Part shown: positions 38,638 through 46,674 of the stretch, one piece after another | Position numbering within the stretch: the stretch's first letter is position 1 | Layout of the letters: each line of letters opens with the position of its first letter | DNA from: a virus | Lineage: Duplodnaviria; Caudoviricetes | Length of the DNA stretch: 49,861 nt | Virus record (IMG/VR): IMGVR_UViG_3300020045_005736 | Location: 1 to 49,861 of that record | Direction: 5' to 3' (one strand) | The notes under the pieces: generated by a model | The model's database searches: none | What the model was told of the DNA's origin: nothing | Seen by the model: the letters and a program-made list of their open reading frames with translations, nothing else | Program-made: the position numbers and the translations under genes

Positions 38638-38843
38638 AATGATTGTCCGCTGAGTGCATGATGCTTGTTGTAGATAGCCCTACATTGGTCACACCAAGGT
38701 TGGCTATCGTCGGGCTTGTAGTTAGGCTCAATAGAGAGTTGCTCACGTAGTGCAACTAGCGACCAATCATCTTCTGGATTACTGTCACGGCCACATAGAC
38801 GCATTGAGTGTCCACCTAAGTTAATGTGTGTTCTTGTTGACAT
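38616..38843 (-). CDS. Hypothetical protein
   Basis: 75 aa, H/C-rich (LCG..CDQC). Confidence 0.45.
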   Translation of the reverse strand: MSTRTHINLGGHSMRLCGRDSNPEDDWSLVALREQLSIEPNYKPDDSQPWCDQCRAIYNKHHALSGQSLWIPKLK

Positions 38844-38998
38844 AATGTTGAATGTTGTCTCTCCCTCACCCCTCCATCTAACAAGGATGATAGTCCATCA
38901 TAGTTAATGATACACATCAAATACAATTGTCCCTGCATCAAACAAAGATAATCGTCATGGATGGTCTAAGGTGAGGAGAGAGACTAAAGTGTTATGGG

Positions 38999-39427
38999 TT
39001 ATTCTAATACTCCACAAGGTTGCCATGTATTGCCGCCGTCGTATGAGATTTCTACATCACTAAAAGCAGTCTTTAAGTCTGACCACTTGACTTGAGCGTC
39101 TAAGATTGTGTAAAAGCCGTCTGGCATAGATGTTATTACTAGTAGAGTAACTTTAGGTTCAAAAATACTTCTCAGCAAACTACCAACTGGAGGATTTTCA
39201 CCACGTATCCAAGCTCTCCACTTCTTAGGTTGTGGTGGATTCAAGTCATCCGGATGGATACGATATTGCATCTTTTGAAAGTCAAAGAAATATCTACAAA
39301 TAGGGGCACAATTATTATGCCAAAGATCATTGTCATCTGTTCTTATCTGAAATCGACCGTATTTGAGTGCCGCCTGCATCACTGCAATCTTACCCTTTAA
39401 TGTTGATGTGTCTGGTTGTTGATTCAT
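38999..39427 (-). CDS. Hypothetical phage protein
   Basis: 142-aa ORF with QYRI and WQPCG motifs. Confidence 0.55.
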   Translation of the reverse strand: MNQQPDTSTLKGKIAVMQAALKYGRFQIRTDDNDLWHNNCAPICRYFFDFQKMQYRIHPDDLNPPQPKKWRAWIRGENPPVGSLLRSIFEPKVTLLVITSMPDGFYTILDAQVKWSDLKTAFSDVEISYDGGNTWQPCGVLE

Positions 39428-39445
39428 AAGTGGTTGTATTATTTG

Positions 39446-39598
39446 TTACTGCGTTAAGACTTCGTGCTCACTACTGATGATGACTTCATCTGCCATCAAC
39501 ACATCAGTAGCTAAAGCATTAACGAATTGTCCAGACTTAATGTCTGCCAGCAACTCTCCATCGGGAGTCTCGATGATTAGTGTGATTTTGATTTTCAT
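39446..39598 (-). CDS. Small hypothetical protein
   Basis: Likely start 39598 (MKIKITL). Confidence 0.45.
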   Translation of the reverse strand: MKIKITLIIETPDGELLADIKSGQFVNALATDVLMADEVIISSEHEVLTQ

Positions 39599-39602
39599 GG
39601 TG

Positions 39603-39767
39603 TTACTTGGATTGACCTTTGCGATTGATGAGTCCAGCCCTAATCTTATCACGTCGAGACATGGGCTTATTGACGATGAGTGTTCCATACTTGTTGGAAT
39701 CATATACTCGTATCTTACGACCTACAGTCAAAGACTTGCGAAGGGCTAATATGTTGGGGGAGGACAT
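39603..39767 (-). CDS. 54-aa basic protein (not in ORF track)
   Basis: MSSPNILALRKS...RKGQSK* fills the gap between neighbours. Confidence 0.4.
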   Translation of the reverse strand: MSSPNILALRKSLTVGRKIRVYDSNKYGTLIVNKPMSRRDKIRAGLINRKGQSK

Positions 39768-39781
39768 AGATATGCTATGTG

Positions 39782-40180
39782 TTATTTGTTGAGTTGATTG
39801 AACTTGGAAATTAGTGCATCTATCTGACAGTCTTGTACATCTTCTTTACTTCCTTCTTCTGTTACTGTTGGACGTAAAGTTCTAATGAGAGCTATTGCTT
39901 CTGTAGCACAGAGCTTCCAGTTGTCACGATCTTTGAAGACTTGCCCCCATTCATCTCTTTCTTTTCTCGCCTCATCCCTCTCCCGCTCAAGTTTGCGGGC
40001 GAAGTCGAGAAGCACAATCTCGTTGGAATCGTTAAGGCAATATTTTTTCAAGTAAGCATCCGTTTCCGGCGTTGGTGTGTTGAATTCAAGTGGTTGTCCA
40101 TCTGGCGTGCTAAGATGACACTTAGGACAAGTCAAAAGGACTCCGTGTAATTCCATTGGTGTAAGACAAAGACAATTCAT
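39782..40180 (-). CDS. Hypothetical phage protein
   Basis: TPETDA..FARKLERERDEA motif. Confidence 0.55.
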   Translation of the reverse strand: MNCLCLTPMELHGVLLTCPKCHLSTPDGQPLEFNTPTPETDAYLKKYCLNDSNEIVLLDFARKLERERDEARKERDEWGQVFKDRDNWKLCATEAIALIRTLRPTVTEEGSKEDVQDCQIDALISKFNQLNK

Positions 40181-40446
40181 TCCGGTATCTCCTTTAGGTT
40201 TTTGGCGGCGGAGCGTATGTCTGTGCCAATTCCACCGTTAGAGTATTCGCTTCTATCGCACATCCCCGCCGCCCATCTTGCTCCTGCTTTGAAGGCGTCG
40301 AGTTGGATTTCCTTTATCCACCATTTAGTAGCAGAATCAGACATGGTGAATTGTTGATTAGCCATGTTGATTCCTTGAATGTAGGCAATCTCTTTAGACC
40401 ACTCCTCCGCGCTTTTCATCTTGGGTTGTTGTTCGTTGTTTGTCAT
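40177..40446 (-). CDS. Hypothetical protein
   Basis: 89-aa ORF, ATGA overlap. Confidence 0.5.
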   Translation of the reverse strand: MTNNEQQPKMKSAEEWSKEIAYIQGINMANQQFTMSDSATKWWIKEIQLDAFKAGARWAAGMCDRSEYSNGGIGTDIRSAAKNLKEIPE

Positions 40447-40583
40447 AGTTTAATTATCGCCCCGTTAGTTACTTCCGGGGCATTGCTGGCTGTTACTTGG
40501 AGTTAGTTTCTGTTTGCACTCTGGGCAATAAGCGAAAACTATTCCGTGTTCACAATACATTTAGCATCACCTTCCTTTCTTTG

Positions 40584-40811
40584 TTAATCATTGATTGAGA
40601 AATAATCCAACTCTAAGTTGAGAGCTGACGCCAGTTTGCACAAGTTGTGATAGTTGGGACAATTCGTCCCGTGACACCAACAATAAATTGTGTGATATGG
40701 AATCTCAGTTTTACGCGACAAATCAGCTATTGTGTAGCCTAACTCATCTAATGCTGTGCATATGAGGTCAGCAAACTCATTGCGATTGATTATGATTTGT
40801 TTGTGTTTCAT
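40584..40811 (-). CDS. XRE/Cro-CI HTH transcriptional regulator
   Basis: GYTIADLSRKTEIPYHTIYCWCHG..P..LCKLASAL. Confidence 0.8.
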   Translation of the reverse strand: MKHKQIIINRNEFADLICTALDELGYTIADLSRKTEIPYHTIYCWCHGTNCPNYHNLCKLASALNLELDYFSIND

Positions 40812-40852
40812 ATAAGACTAGGACTCGCACACAAAAGGTATCCTAGAATAAA

Positions 40853-41085
40853 TGGATTGAGCGCGGCAGGATTTGAACCTGCATGAGACAGTAAGATGAT
40901 GGGGTATAACCGCCAACCCACCTACCATGCGAGAACTGTTACAGCATCGCACATTAAAGTGCTGACCGGCTTGGAGTCTTGCTTCTGGCCTATCATTCCA
41001 CTCCTTATGGGAGCAGCCAGATTTGTTCTTCGTCTCTCGTCGCATTCGTATCGCTAGCGTCTTTACATTCCGCCACGCGCTCAAT
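40853..41085 (-). ncRNA. tRNA-like RNA with ~174-nt structured insertion replacing anticodon/variable arms
   Basis: Acceptor GAGCGCG (41082-41076)/CGCGCTC (40865-40859); D-arm GCGGAATGTAAAGACGC; T-arm GCAGG-TTCAAAT-CCTGC; CCA at 40855-40853. Confidence 0.7.
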
Positions 41086-41097
41086 TCAAATTCTTCT

Positions 41098-41328
41098 TTA
41101 CTTTATCTCAATTTCTTTCCTCATGTAAAGAACGCGCACAACGTCAAGAAGAATATCCGCCGCACTTCCGCCTTTTCTTCCAAGCGCACTGGATACTTGC
41201 GACATACGAACTTCACCATTGAAATACGCAAGGAGAAGTTCTTTATGCTCTTCAGTGTAATTCTTTACTCCTTTCGCTGTCTTTGTTCCTTTAGCTCTGT
41301 CGAGTAGTGTTTGCTTTATACTTGCCAT
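41098..41328 (-). CDS. Small basic protein, possibly HTH-like
   Basis: EVRMSQVSSALGRKG helix pattern. Confidence 0.5.
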   Translation of the reverse strand: MASIKQTLLDRAKGTKTAKGVKNYTEEHKELLLAYFNGEVRMSQVSSALGRKGGSAADILLDVVRVLYMRKEIEIK

Positions 41329-41362
41329 ATGTTTTGTTGTTGTTGTTGCTTACCACCGTAAA

Positions 41363-41671
41363 TTAAAAATCCTTCGTCATCTTCGTCATCTCATCATCAC
41401 TCGGAAGTGTAAGTTCACTTAGAAGTTTATTAAAATCCGCGTCAAGGAGACTCTTTGCTTTTTTCTCTTTACTCTTACTCGTCTTTGTCTTTGTCTTCTT
41501 CCCATCGTTCTTATCCACCTCTTCCACTTCTATCTCTAGTGATGTAGCACAACCAATCGGTTCGAGAATAGTAATGTCTTTAAGATATTCGCTAAGCTCA
41601 ATCTCCGACATGCCAAGTATCTTCTCATATCCCTCGTTGCTTAGTCCTAGAAGCTCGCTTAGTGTGGGCAT
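41363..41671 (-). CDS. Hypothetical protein
   Basis: 102-aa ORF. Confidence 0.55.
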   Translation of the reverse strand: MPTLSELLGLSNEGYEKILGMSEIELSEYLKDITILEPIGCATSLEIEVEEVDKNDGKKTKTKTSKSKEKKAKSLLDADFNKLLSELTLPSDDEMTKMTKDF

Positions 41672-41683
41672 ATTAGTCTTCTC

Positions 41684-42292
41684 TTAATCTGGCTTCACCG
41701 CCCTAATAAGTTCCCGTTCAACCTCAAATTCTATCCCCACATCCCCAAGTGTCTTGCTTACCCAATTAATAAGTTCATCACTTAGCTCCCGTCCTCCTAA
41801 ATTCTTTTTTCCTTCAAGAATAAGAACCTGTTTAGAGGACTCAAGAAAAGTCGTAATTAAGTCCTTAATAAATTGGTCACTAGTTCCCAAACTTCCACCT
41901 ATTAAAGTAGAAGTTGCACCCAACACATCCCCCAAATTGTTATATTTCTTAAACTCCACAGTTACGTCGTCAAGTTTCGCACATATTTTTGTCTGTGCTT
42001 GCAGTTGAGCATAATCCTCTTTAGTAAATTTCGATGTAGGCGTCGCCGTGGCGTGCATTGCGAGCCATCGCCTTGCTTCCCCCATACGGTTTTGAAGTGT
42101 CCTACTATTTACTCCGAGCTTCGCCGCATTAAGAATAATAGGTTCACGTGTTTCAAGAAGTCTGTCAAAAATTGGTCTGAATTTCTCTGCGTTCTCCTTG
42201 TTAAAGGTTGACCTAACATACGGCGTGCTCTTCATCTCTGTGAAGGCTGGCGTATCTTTACTTTTATATTCTTGCTTGTTGTCGTCACTCAT
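41684..42292 (-). CDS. Hypothetical protein
   Basis: 202-aa ORF. Confidence 0.6.
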   Translation of the reverse strand: MSDDNKQEYKSKDTPAFTEMKSTPYVRSTFNKENAEKFRPIFDRLLETREPIILNAAKLGVNSRTLQNRMGEARRWLAMHATATPTSKFTKEDYAQLQAQTKICAKLDDVTVEFKKYNNLGDVLGATSTLIGGSLGTSDQFIKDLITTFLESSKQVLILEGKKNLGGRELSDELINWVSKTLGDVGIEFEVERELIRAVKPD

Positions 42293-42538
42293 AATGGAGT
42301 AGAGGTCTGCTATTTTTTCTTAAAGTAAATGACAGACTATTACTGGTCTGTCAGCAGCCTCTAGTTTTATCGTCTTAGAGTTGACTATTCATCCTCGCTT
42401 CAAGATGGTCGTCAAGAAGTTTAATGACATTGTTAATTGTTGACAGTTGACATTGTTGGTCCATTATCTACTACATTCGATAATTTCAACCCAACACCGT
42501 AATATAATAATATTAATATATCTAATACCGTAGCCTAA

Positions 42539-43141
42539 TCAAGCCACAAACTCCGCAAGAGCCTCGTCATCCTTAGCCCGTTGCGCTTCAATAAGTGCCT
42601 TAAGTTCTTCACTCTTCTCTTTCCACTTCTTCGCATGTTCTGCCGCAAGACCCAAGTTCCCTTCGCCCTTTGCCTTAAGTGCGGCTTTCTTCAAGTCATT
42701 ACAAACCTTCGTAAGACCACTCACACTTGAAGCCCCATCACGTTCACCCGGAACATAATCAAGCGCATCTTGCTCAGACACAAGAATAGAATTAGTTGAA
42801 CGAAGTTTAGCAACATCTTCATCGCTAATACGTTCAGTAACACCGTCCTCAGTCTTAACAAGTTTACTATTCGCAACAGAACGCATACGTGTTGCAAGTG
42901 CTGCATTAACAATCCCAAGAATGATGCTCTTTCCATCCTTACCATTTTGAGACTTCTTGGAAAGATGTTCAGCAGCTCCATCAAGAGAAAGATATTCGGG
43001 ATACCAGAAATAGAATCCCTCGTTATCACTTCCCTTACGGAATGTTTCCTTGTGGAGCTTAACTTCTCCAAAAGTCTTAGTTTCTGGAGCCACTTCATTC
43101 GTCGGTTGTTCTTCGGTCGCTGTGGTATTTTCGTCACTCAT
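42539..43141 (-). CDS. Hypothetical protein, first gene after a sigma54 promoter
   Basis: 200-aa ORF with CAA-rich leader. Confidence 0.65.
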   Translation of the reverse strand: MSDENTTATEEQPTNEVAPETKTFGEVKLHKETFRKGSDNEGFYFWYPEYLSLDGAAEHLSKKSQNGKDGKSIILGIVNAALATRMRSVANSKLVKTEDGVTERISDEDVAKLRSTNSILVSEQDALDYVPGERDGASSVSGLTKVCNDLKKAALKAKGEGNLGLAAEHAKKWKEKSEELKALIEAQRAKDDEALAEFVA

Positions 43142-43221
43142 AACTATTTAGTTGTTGGTTACTTTGTTGTTTTATGTCGCACGGCCATAGCTATATGTAG
43201 CTCGGTCGCTACCCTACGTAT

Positions 43222-43238
43222 AGCTAGTGCTGTGCCAA
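43222..43238 (-). promoter_or_regulatory. sigma54-type promoter downstream of the activator gene
   Basis: TTGGCACAGCACTAGCT in the 43142-43343 intergenic gap. Confidence 0.7.
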
Positions 43239-43286
43239 TCCGAAAAGGGGAATTACTCTTTGCTCCGGAGTTTTCAAGTGACAGTG

Positions 43287-43300
43287 AGTAGAAATCTACT
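43287..43300. promoter_or_regulatory. Palindrome upstream of sigma54 promoter (candidate UAS/operator)
   Basis: AGTAGA-AA-TCTACT; shares GAGTAGAAATCT with 49218-49229. Confidence 0.5.
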
Positions 43301-43343
43301 AAAGGGCTTTTCTTGTCGTCGTGGCTCGGAGGAAGAATTAAAA

Positions 43344-44144
43344 TCATACGTGAAGTTTGAACGTCTTAAATGCAATAAGTTCTTCACAATAATTAAGAAG
43401 TTCCCTGACGTTTCCCGGCCAATCGTATTGAGGTAAGCACTTATGCGAAGGGAGTTCACCAAACTCACCCTTAGTGAAGTGGTTGTAAATTAAATCTATT
43501 TCTCCTTGTCCTCGTTCGTGTAGTGTCTTGAGTGCGAAGCGTGTTCCCGCAAGACGGTAGTATAAGTCACTTCTGAAGAGTTTCTCGTATTTATTAAGCT
43601 CAGTGAAATTTGTCGCAGAAACTATACGACAATTTATCTTTATGTTCTTCTTCCCTCCGATTCGTCGTATTTCTCGTTCTTGCAACACACGTAGGAGTTT
43701 ACATTGTAGTGTCCTCGGTAGTTCTGCAATCTCATCAAGAAATATCGTCCCATCATTTGCCTCTTCAAAGTATCCTATACGTGTGCTATCACACCCTGTA
43801 TAGCTTCCTCGTTCAGCCCCGAAGAACTCTGCTTCTAGGAGTGTATCAGGTATTCCACCACAATTTATTGCAACAAATTTCCCCGTTCTATTTCCGTGAA
43901 GTATTCGTGCTATTAGTTCTTTTCCCGTTCCTGTTTGTCCTGTGATAAGAACAGGGATATTGTGCGACCATATCCATGAAGCACGCTTAATCGTATTAAG
44001 TGTGTCTTTGTCTTGAGTAACTACATTCTTTATACTTTGTTGAAGAGAAGAGATAGGTGTAGAAGTGGGAACTATTGGTGTGGTTGAGGACAAACATTCT
44101 TCAAGTAGATTGAGATCGAGATCGAGATCGAGGTCGTTGCTCAT
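43344..44144 (-). CDS. sigma54-dependent transcriptional activator (bEBP), AAA+ domain only
   Basis: PVLITGQTGTGKELIAR, FVAINCG, EAEFFG..GSYTG (GAFTGA loop), GTIFLDEI, LLRVLQE, FRSDLYYRL, WPGNVREL; no sensor domain and no C-terminal HTH. Confidence 0.93.
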   Translation of the reverse strand: MSNDLDLDLDLNLLEECLSSTTPIVPTSTPISSLQQSIKNVVTQDKDTLNTIKRASWIWSHNIPVLITGQTGTGKELIARILHGNRTGKFVAINCGGIPDTLLEAEFFGAERGSYTGCDSTRIGYFEEANDGTIFLDEIAELPRTLQCKLLRVLQEREIRRIGGKKNIKINCRIVSATNFTELNKYEKLFRSDLYYRLAGTRFALKTLHERGQGEIDLIYNHFTKGEFGELPSHKCLPQYDWPGNVRELLNYCEELIAFKTFKLHV

Positions 44145-45019
44145 TCGCTGGCTTCCTTTCCTTTGACTTTGTAAAATGCTTCGAGACTTTTTTCTATCGC
44201 GAGATTATTTACACTGGGATTATTACTTATCTGTGAGGAGAGATAAATACTATTTGTTGGATTTTCTCCTTGCGTAAAGATATGGTTAACATGCTTACTA
44301 TTAGTAAAGTTTGGGTCACACGAACAACCATAATTCCCCCACATCGGCTCGCATCTTTCTTGATGGGCAAAAACTATGCGACGCTCTATCGCAGGATTTG
44401 CAAGACAAAAGACAAGAGTATCTAAGTCCATGTTCTCGTCAAATTTCTTTATACAACACGAGAGTTGATAATAAGACGCTGGCCCAAAACATCCTATCGT
44501 GCTTTCAATTAAATACACCGAACATCTTGTTCCCCGTTCTTCTAGTGCATTTATAAGTGCAGCGATATAAGCTCCCCTATCCGCTATCGCTTCGCCACTT
44601 ATATGTCCATTAAAGGAGATATTTACTAGAAATGTCTGGTGTGTGTTCCCTAGTAGTTGGTCACTTCCATGTTCAAATGTCCCAAAACATTCGGGTTCTT
44701 TACGCAGATATGCATCTATGTCGAAGAAATCCCCAGTTACGTCGAGTTTCTTCTCGAGGTTAGTTCCTTGTAGGGGATATTTGTTGTCCCAAAAGTCTTT
44801 GTATTGGGCTTGTTTATCTTTAATCAACTTTATCCCTTCGCTCCAGCCAAACCTTGCTAGATGAATTGCATCTGCGAAAGACTTTGTCCCGCAATCATTC
44901 CCAGTAGTATGCGACATTGATGCACATCTATTTTCTGGATTAGCATCATGTCTATCGTGAGTGGTAATCCAATCAATAAACGAGGAGAATGATGGAAACG
45001 AGTAGAAGTAATTTTTCAT
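44141..45019 (-). CDS. vWA/CobT-like partner of MoxR/CobS-type ATPase
   Basis: Adjacent to AAA gene; 'DVTG.FFDIDAYL..EPEC' and 'RGA..AALINALE..G' patterns. Confidence 0.55.
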   Translation of the reverse strand: MKNYFYSFPSFSSFIDWITTHDRHDANPENRCASMSHTTGNDCGTKSFADAIHLARFGWSEGIKLIKDKQAQYKDFWDNKYPLQGTNLEKKLDVTGDFFDIDAYLRKEPECFGTFEHGSDQLLGNTHQTFLVNISFNGHISGEAIADRGAYIAALINALEERGTRCSVYLIESTIGCFGPASYYQLSCCIKKFDENMDLDTLVFCLANPAIERRIVFAHQERCEPMWGNYGCSCDPNFTNSKHVNHIFTQGENPTNSIYLSSQISNNPSVNNLAIEKSLEAFYKVKGKEASE

Positions 45020-45030
45020 AAATTTACTCT

Positions 45031-46245
45031 TTATTCTTTATCTTTGCTGTCTTGTGGATTTATGATTGTCGCTCCACTGATGAGAAATGAATCTAGCGGC
45101 TTCATCTGGTCATTTTTCATCGCTTCCATCATTTTATTTATCTCATCCACACTTGGCATAAATCCAACATTATCAGATGCGCGTTGAGCTGCTTGTCGTC
45201 TTGCTTCTTGGCGTTTATGCTCTTGCTCTCTTTCACTCCTTGCTTTCACTTCATCTTTTTCTCGTTGTTGTTTTTCTTTTTCGAGCTTTTTCTCAAGCTC
45301 TTCTAGCTCTTTACGCGACTTTTCCTTCTTTTCTTCTTCTTGTCGCTTCTTCTCTCGTTCTTGTTCTTCTTTCTCACGTTTTTCTTGATCGGCATTTTTC
45401 TTAAACTTAGGAAGATTCTCAACTTTAGTTTTTTTGTTCTTCGCAGCTTCAAGAATCTTTTTCTTTCGCTCGTGAGAAAGTCCTTTGAGAATTACACTAT
45501 TAAGTATCTCCCCCAATGTTCTATCCCAAGCAACTTTAATCGCTGCTTGCTTCATAGTGCGGGGAGAGATAATATGTTGGATTTGTAGCTCCTCAATCAC
45601 TTGTTGTATCTTCTCTACGTCCACAAAGAGTTGATTGAGTTCATTTGTCTTGTTCCAAAACTTCTCATTTTCCGTGTCGAATGACCACTTACGCTCAATC
45701 TCGTCAACACTTATCTTGTAAGTTAATTCCTTGTCGTAAGGCCAATACTGAAATACAAACCTATTCAGTAGTGCCACGTCTTGTCGATTACGTCCGACAT
45801 AATTTAAGCTGGGGCCATTGCCTAGCGTGTTGGCTGTTGCGATTAAAACAAATCGCGGGTGACGTTCTCTCATTCCACAAGGAAAGAACACGTTGCCGTC
45901 GCTAAGTCCATTAAGAATCAAATTTGTGTTACTGTTACCATTATCTACTTCGTCAAAGAGCATCACTCCTCCTTCTGTAAAGGGTTTATATGCTACACCC
46001 GGAGCATATTCCCCATTAGGTAACATGTAACCCATAATAGAAGATTCGCTCATAGAACTACCCACTACTTTTTTGTAGAATGGAAGTCCCAATTTATGCG
46101 ATGCAAGTTCACAGCTAAATGTCTTCCCACTTCCTGTGGGTCCATGTTGATAAACATCTAGGCCCATTTCTATATTAGACATCAGCTCATTAAACTTCTC
46201 GTGTTCGTGAGACTTTACTTTGTCGAGATTTTCGATTGGTTGCAT
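45031..46245 (-). CDS. MoxR/CobS-like AAA+ ATPase with charged coiled-coil tail
   Basis: HGPTGSGKT, GGVMLFDEVD, LIATANT.G.G..YVGR..D.ALLNRF. Confidence 0.85.
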   Translation of the reverse strand: MQPIENLDKVKSHEHEKFNELMSNIEMGLDVYQHGPTGSGKTFSCELASHKLGLPFYKKVVGSSMSESSIMGYMLPNGEYAPGVAYKPFTEGGVMLFDEVDNGNSNTNLILNGLSDGNVFFPCGMRERHPRFVLIATANTLGNGPSLNYVGRNRQDVALLNRFVFQYWPYDKELTYKISVDEIERKWSFDTENEKFWNKTNELNQLFVDVEKIQQVIEELQIQHIISPRTMKQAAIKVAWDRTLGEILNSVILKGLSHERKKKILEAAKNKKTKVENLPKFKKNADQEKREKEEQEREKKRQEEEKKEKSRKELEELEKKLEKEKQQREKDEVKARSEREQEHKRQEARRQAAQRASDNVGFMPSVDEINKMMEAMKNDQMKPLDSFLISGATIINPQDSKDKE

Positions 46246-46265
46246 TTGCGTATCCTTTTCTTTCC

Positions 46266-46637
46266 TTAGTTAAGATTAAGATTAATATTTTCTCCCAGAA
46301 TAGATTTTGCTAGGGTTTCTCCCTTGTCGTTTCCTTTTTCTCCTCCATACTTCGCAATCAGTTTTTCAATCTTGTCCAGAAGTAATTTGCCTCTAAGCTC
46401 TGTGATTTCTTTCGTCGCAGCATAACTTTGGACTGTGAAAACGAAGAGAAGTAGATTTTTCTCCTCCTCTGTGAAATTTGCGGGGCTAAGAACTTCAGAG
46501 ATAAAGTAAACGTAAGTAACTTCAACATCTTGTTCTGATTTACTTTTATCTACAAGCTCAATGAACTTGGTTTTTTGTGGGCTATCGCTTAGAAAGCGAT
46601 TGATTAGTTTGATTCCTTCTTGGGTGATGTTTTTCAT
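46266..46637 (-). CDS. Hypothetical protein
   Basis: 123-aa ORF. Confidence 0.55.
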   Translation of the reverse strand: MKNITQEGIKLINRFLSDSPQKTKFIELVDKSKSEQDVEVTYVYFISEVLSPANFTEEEKNLLLFVFTVQSYAATKEITELRGKLLLDKIEKLIAKYGGEKGNDKGETLAKSILGENINLNLN

Positions 46638-46674
46638 AGGAGTATGTTGTTTTGTTGTTACTGTAAATTTAGTT

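Noticed and set aside
40818-41084. 88-aa ORF over the tRNA-like element; tmRNA interpretation
   Set aside because: The ORF shadows a clearly structured RNA; there is no G3-U70 alanine acceptor and no recognisable tag peptide.
43159-43347. 62-aa ORF after the activator as a possible separate HTH domain
   Set aside because: No Fis-type HTH pattern and it overlaps the promoter and palindrome; cannot be fully excluded because it starts with an ATGA overlap.
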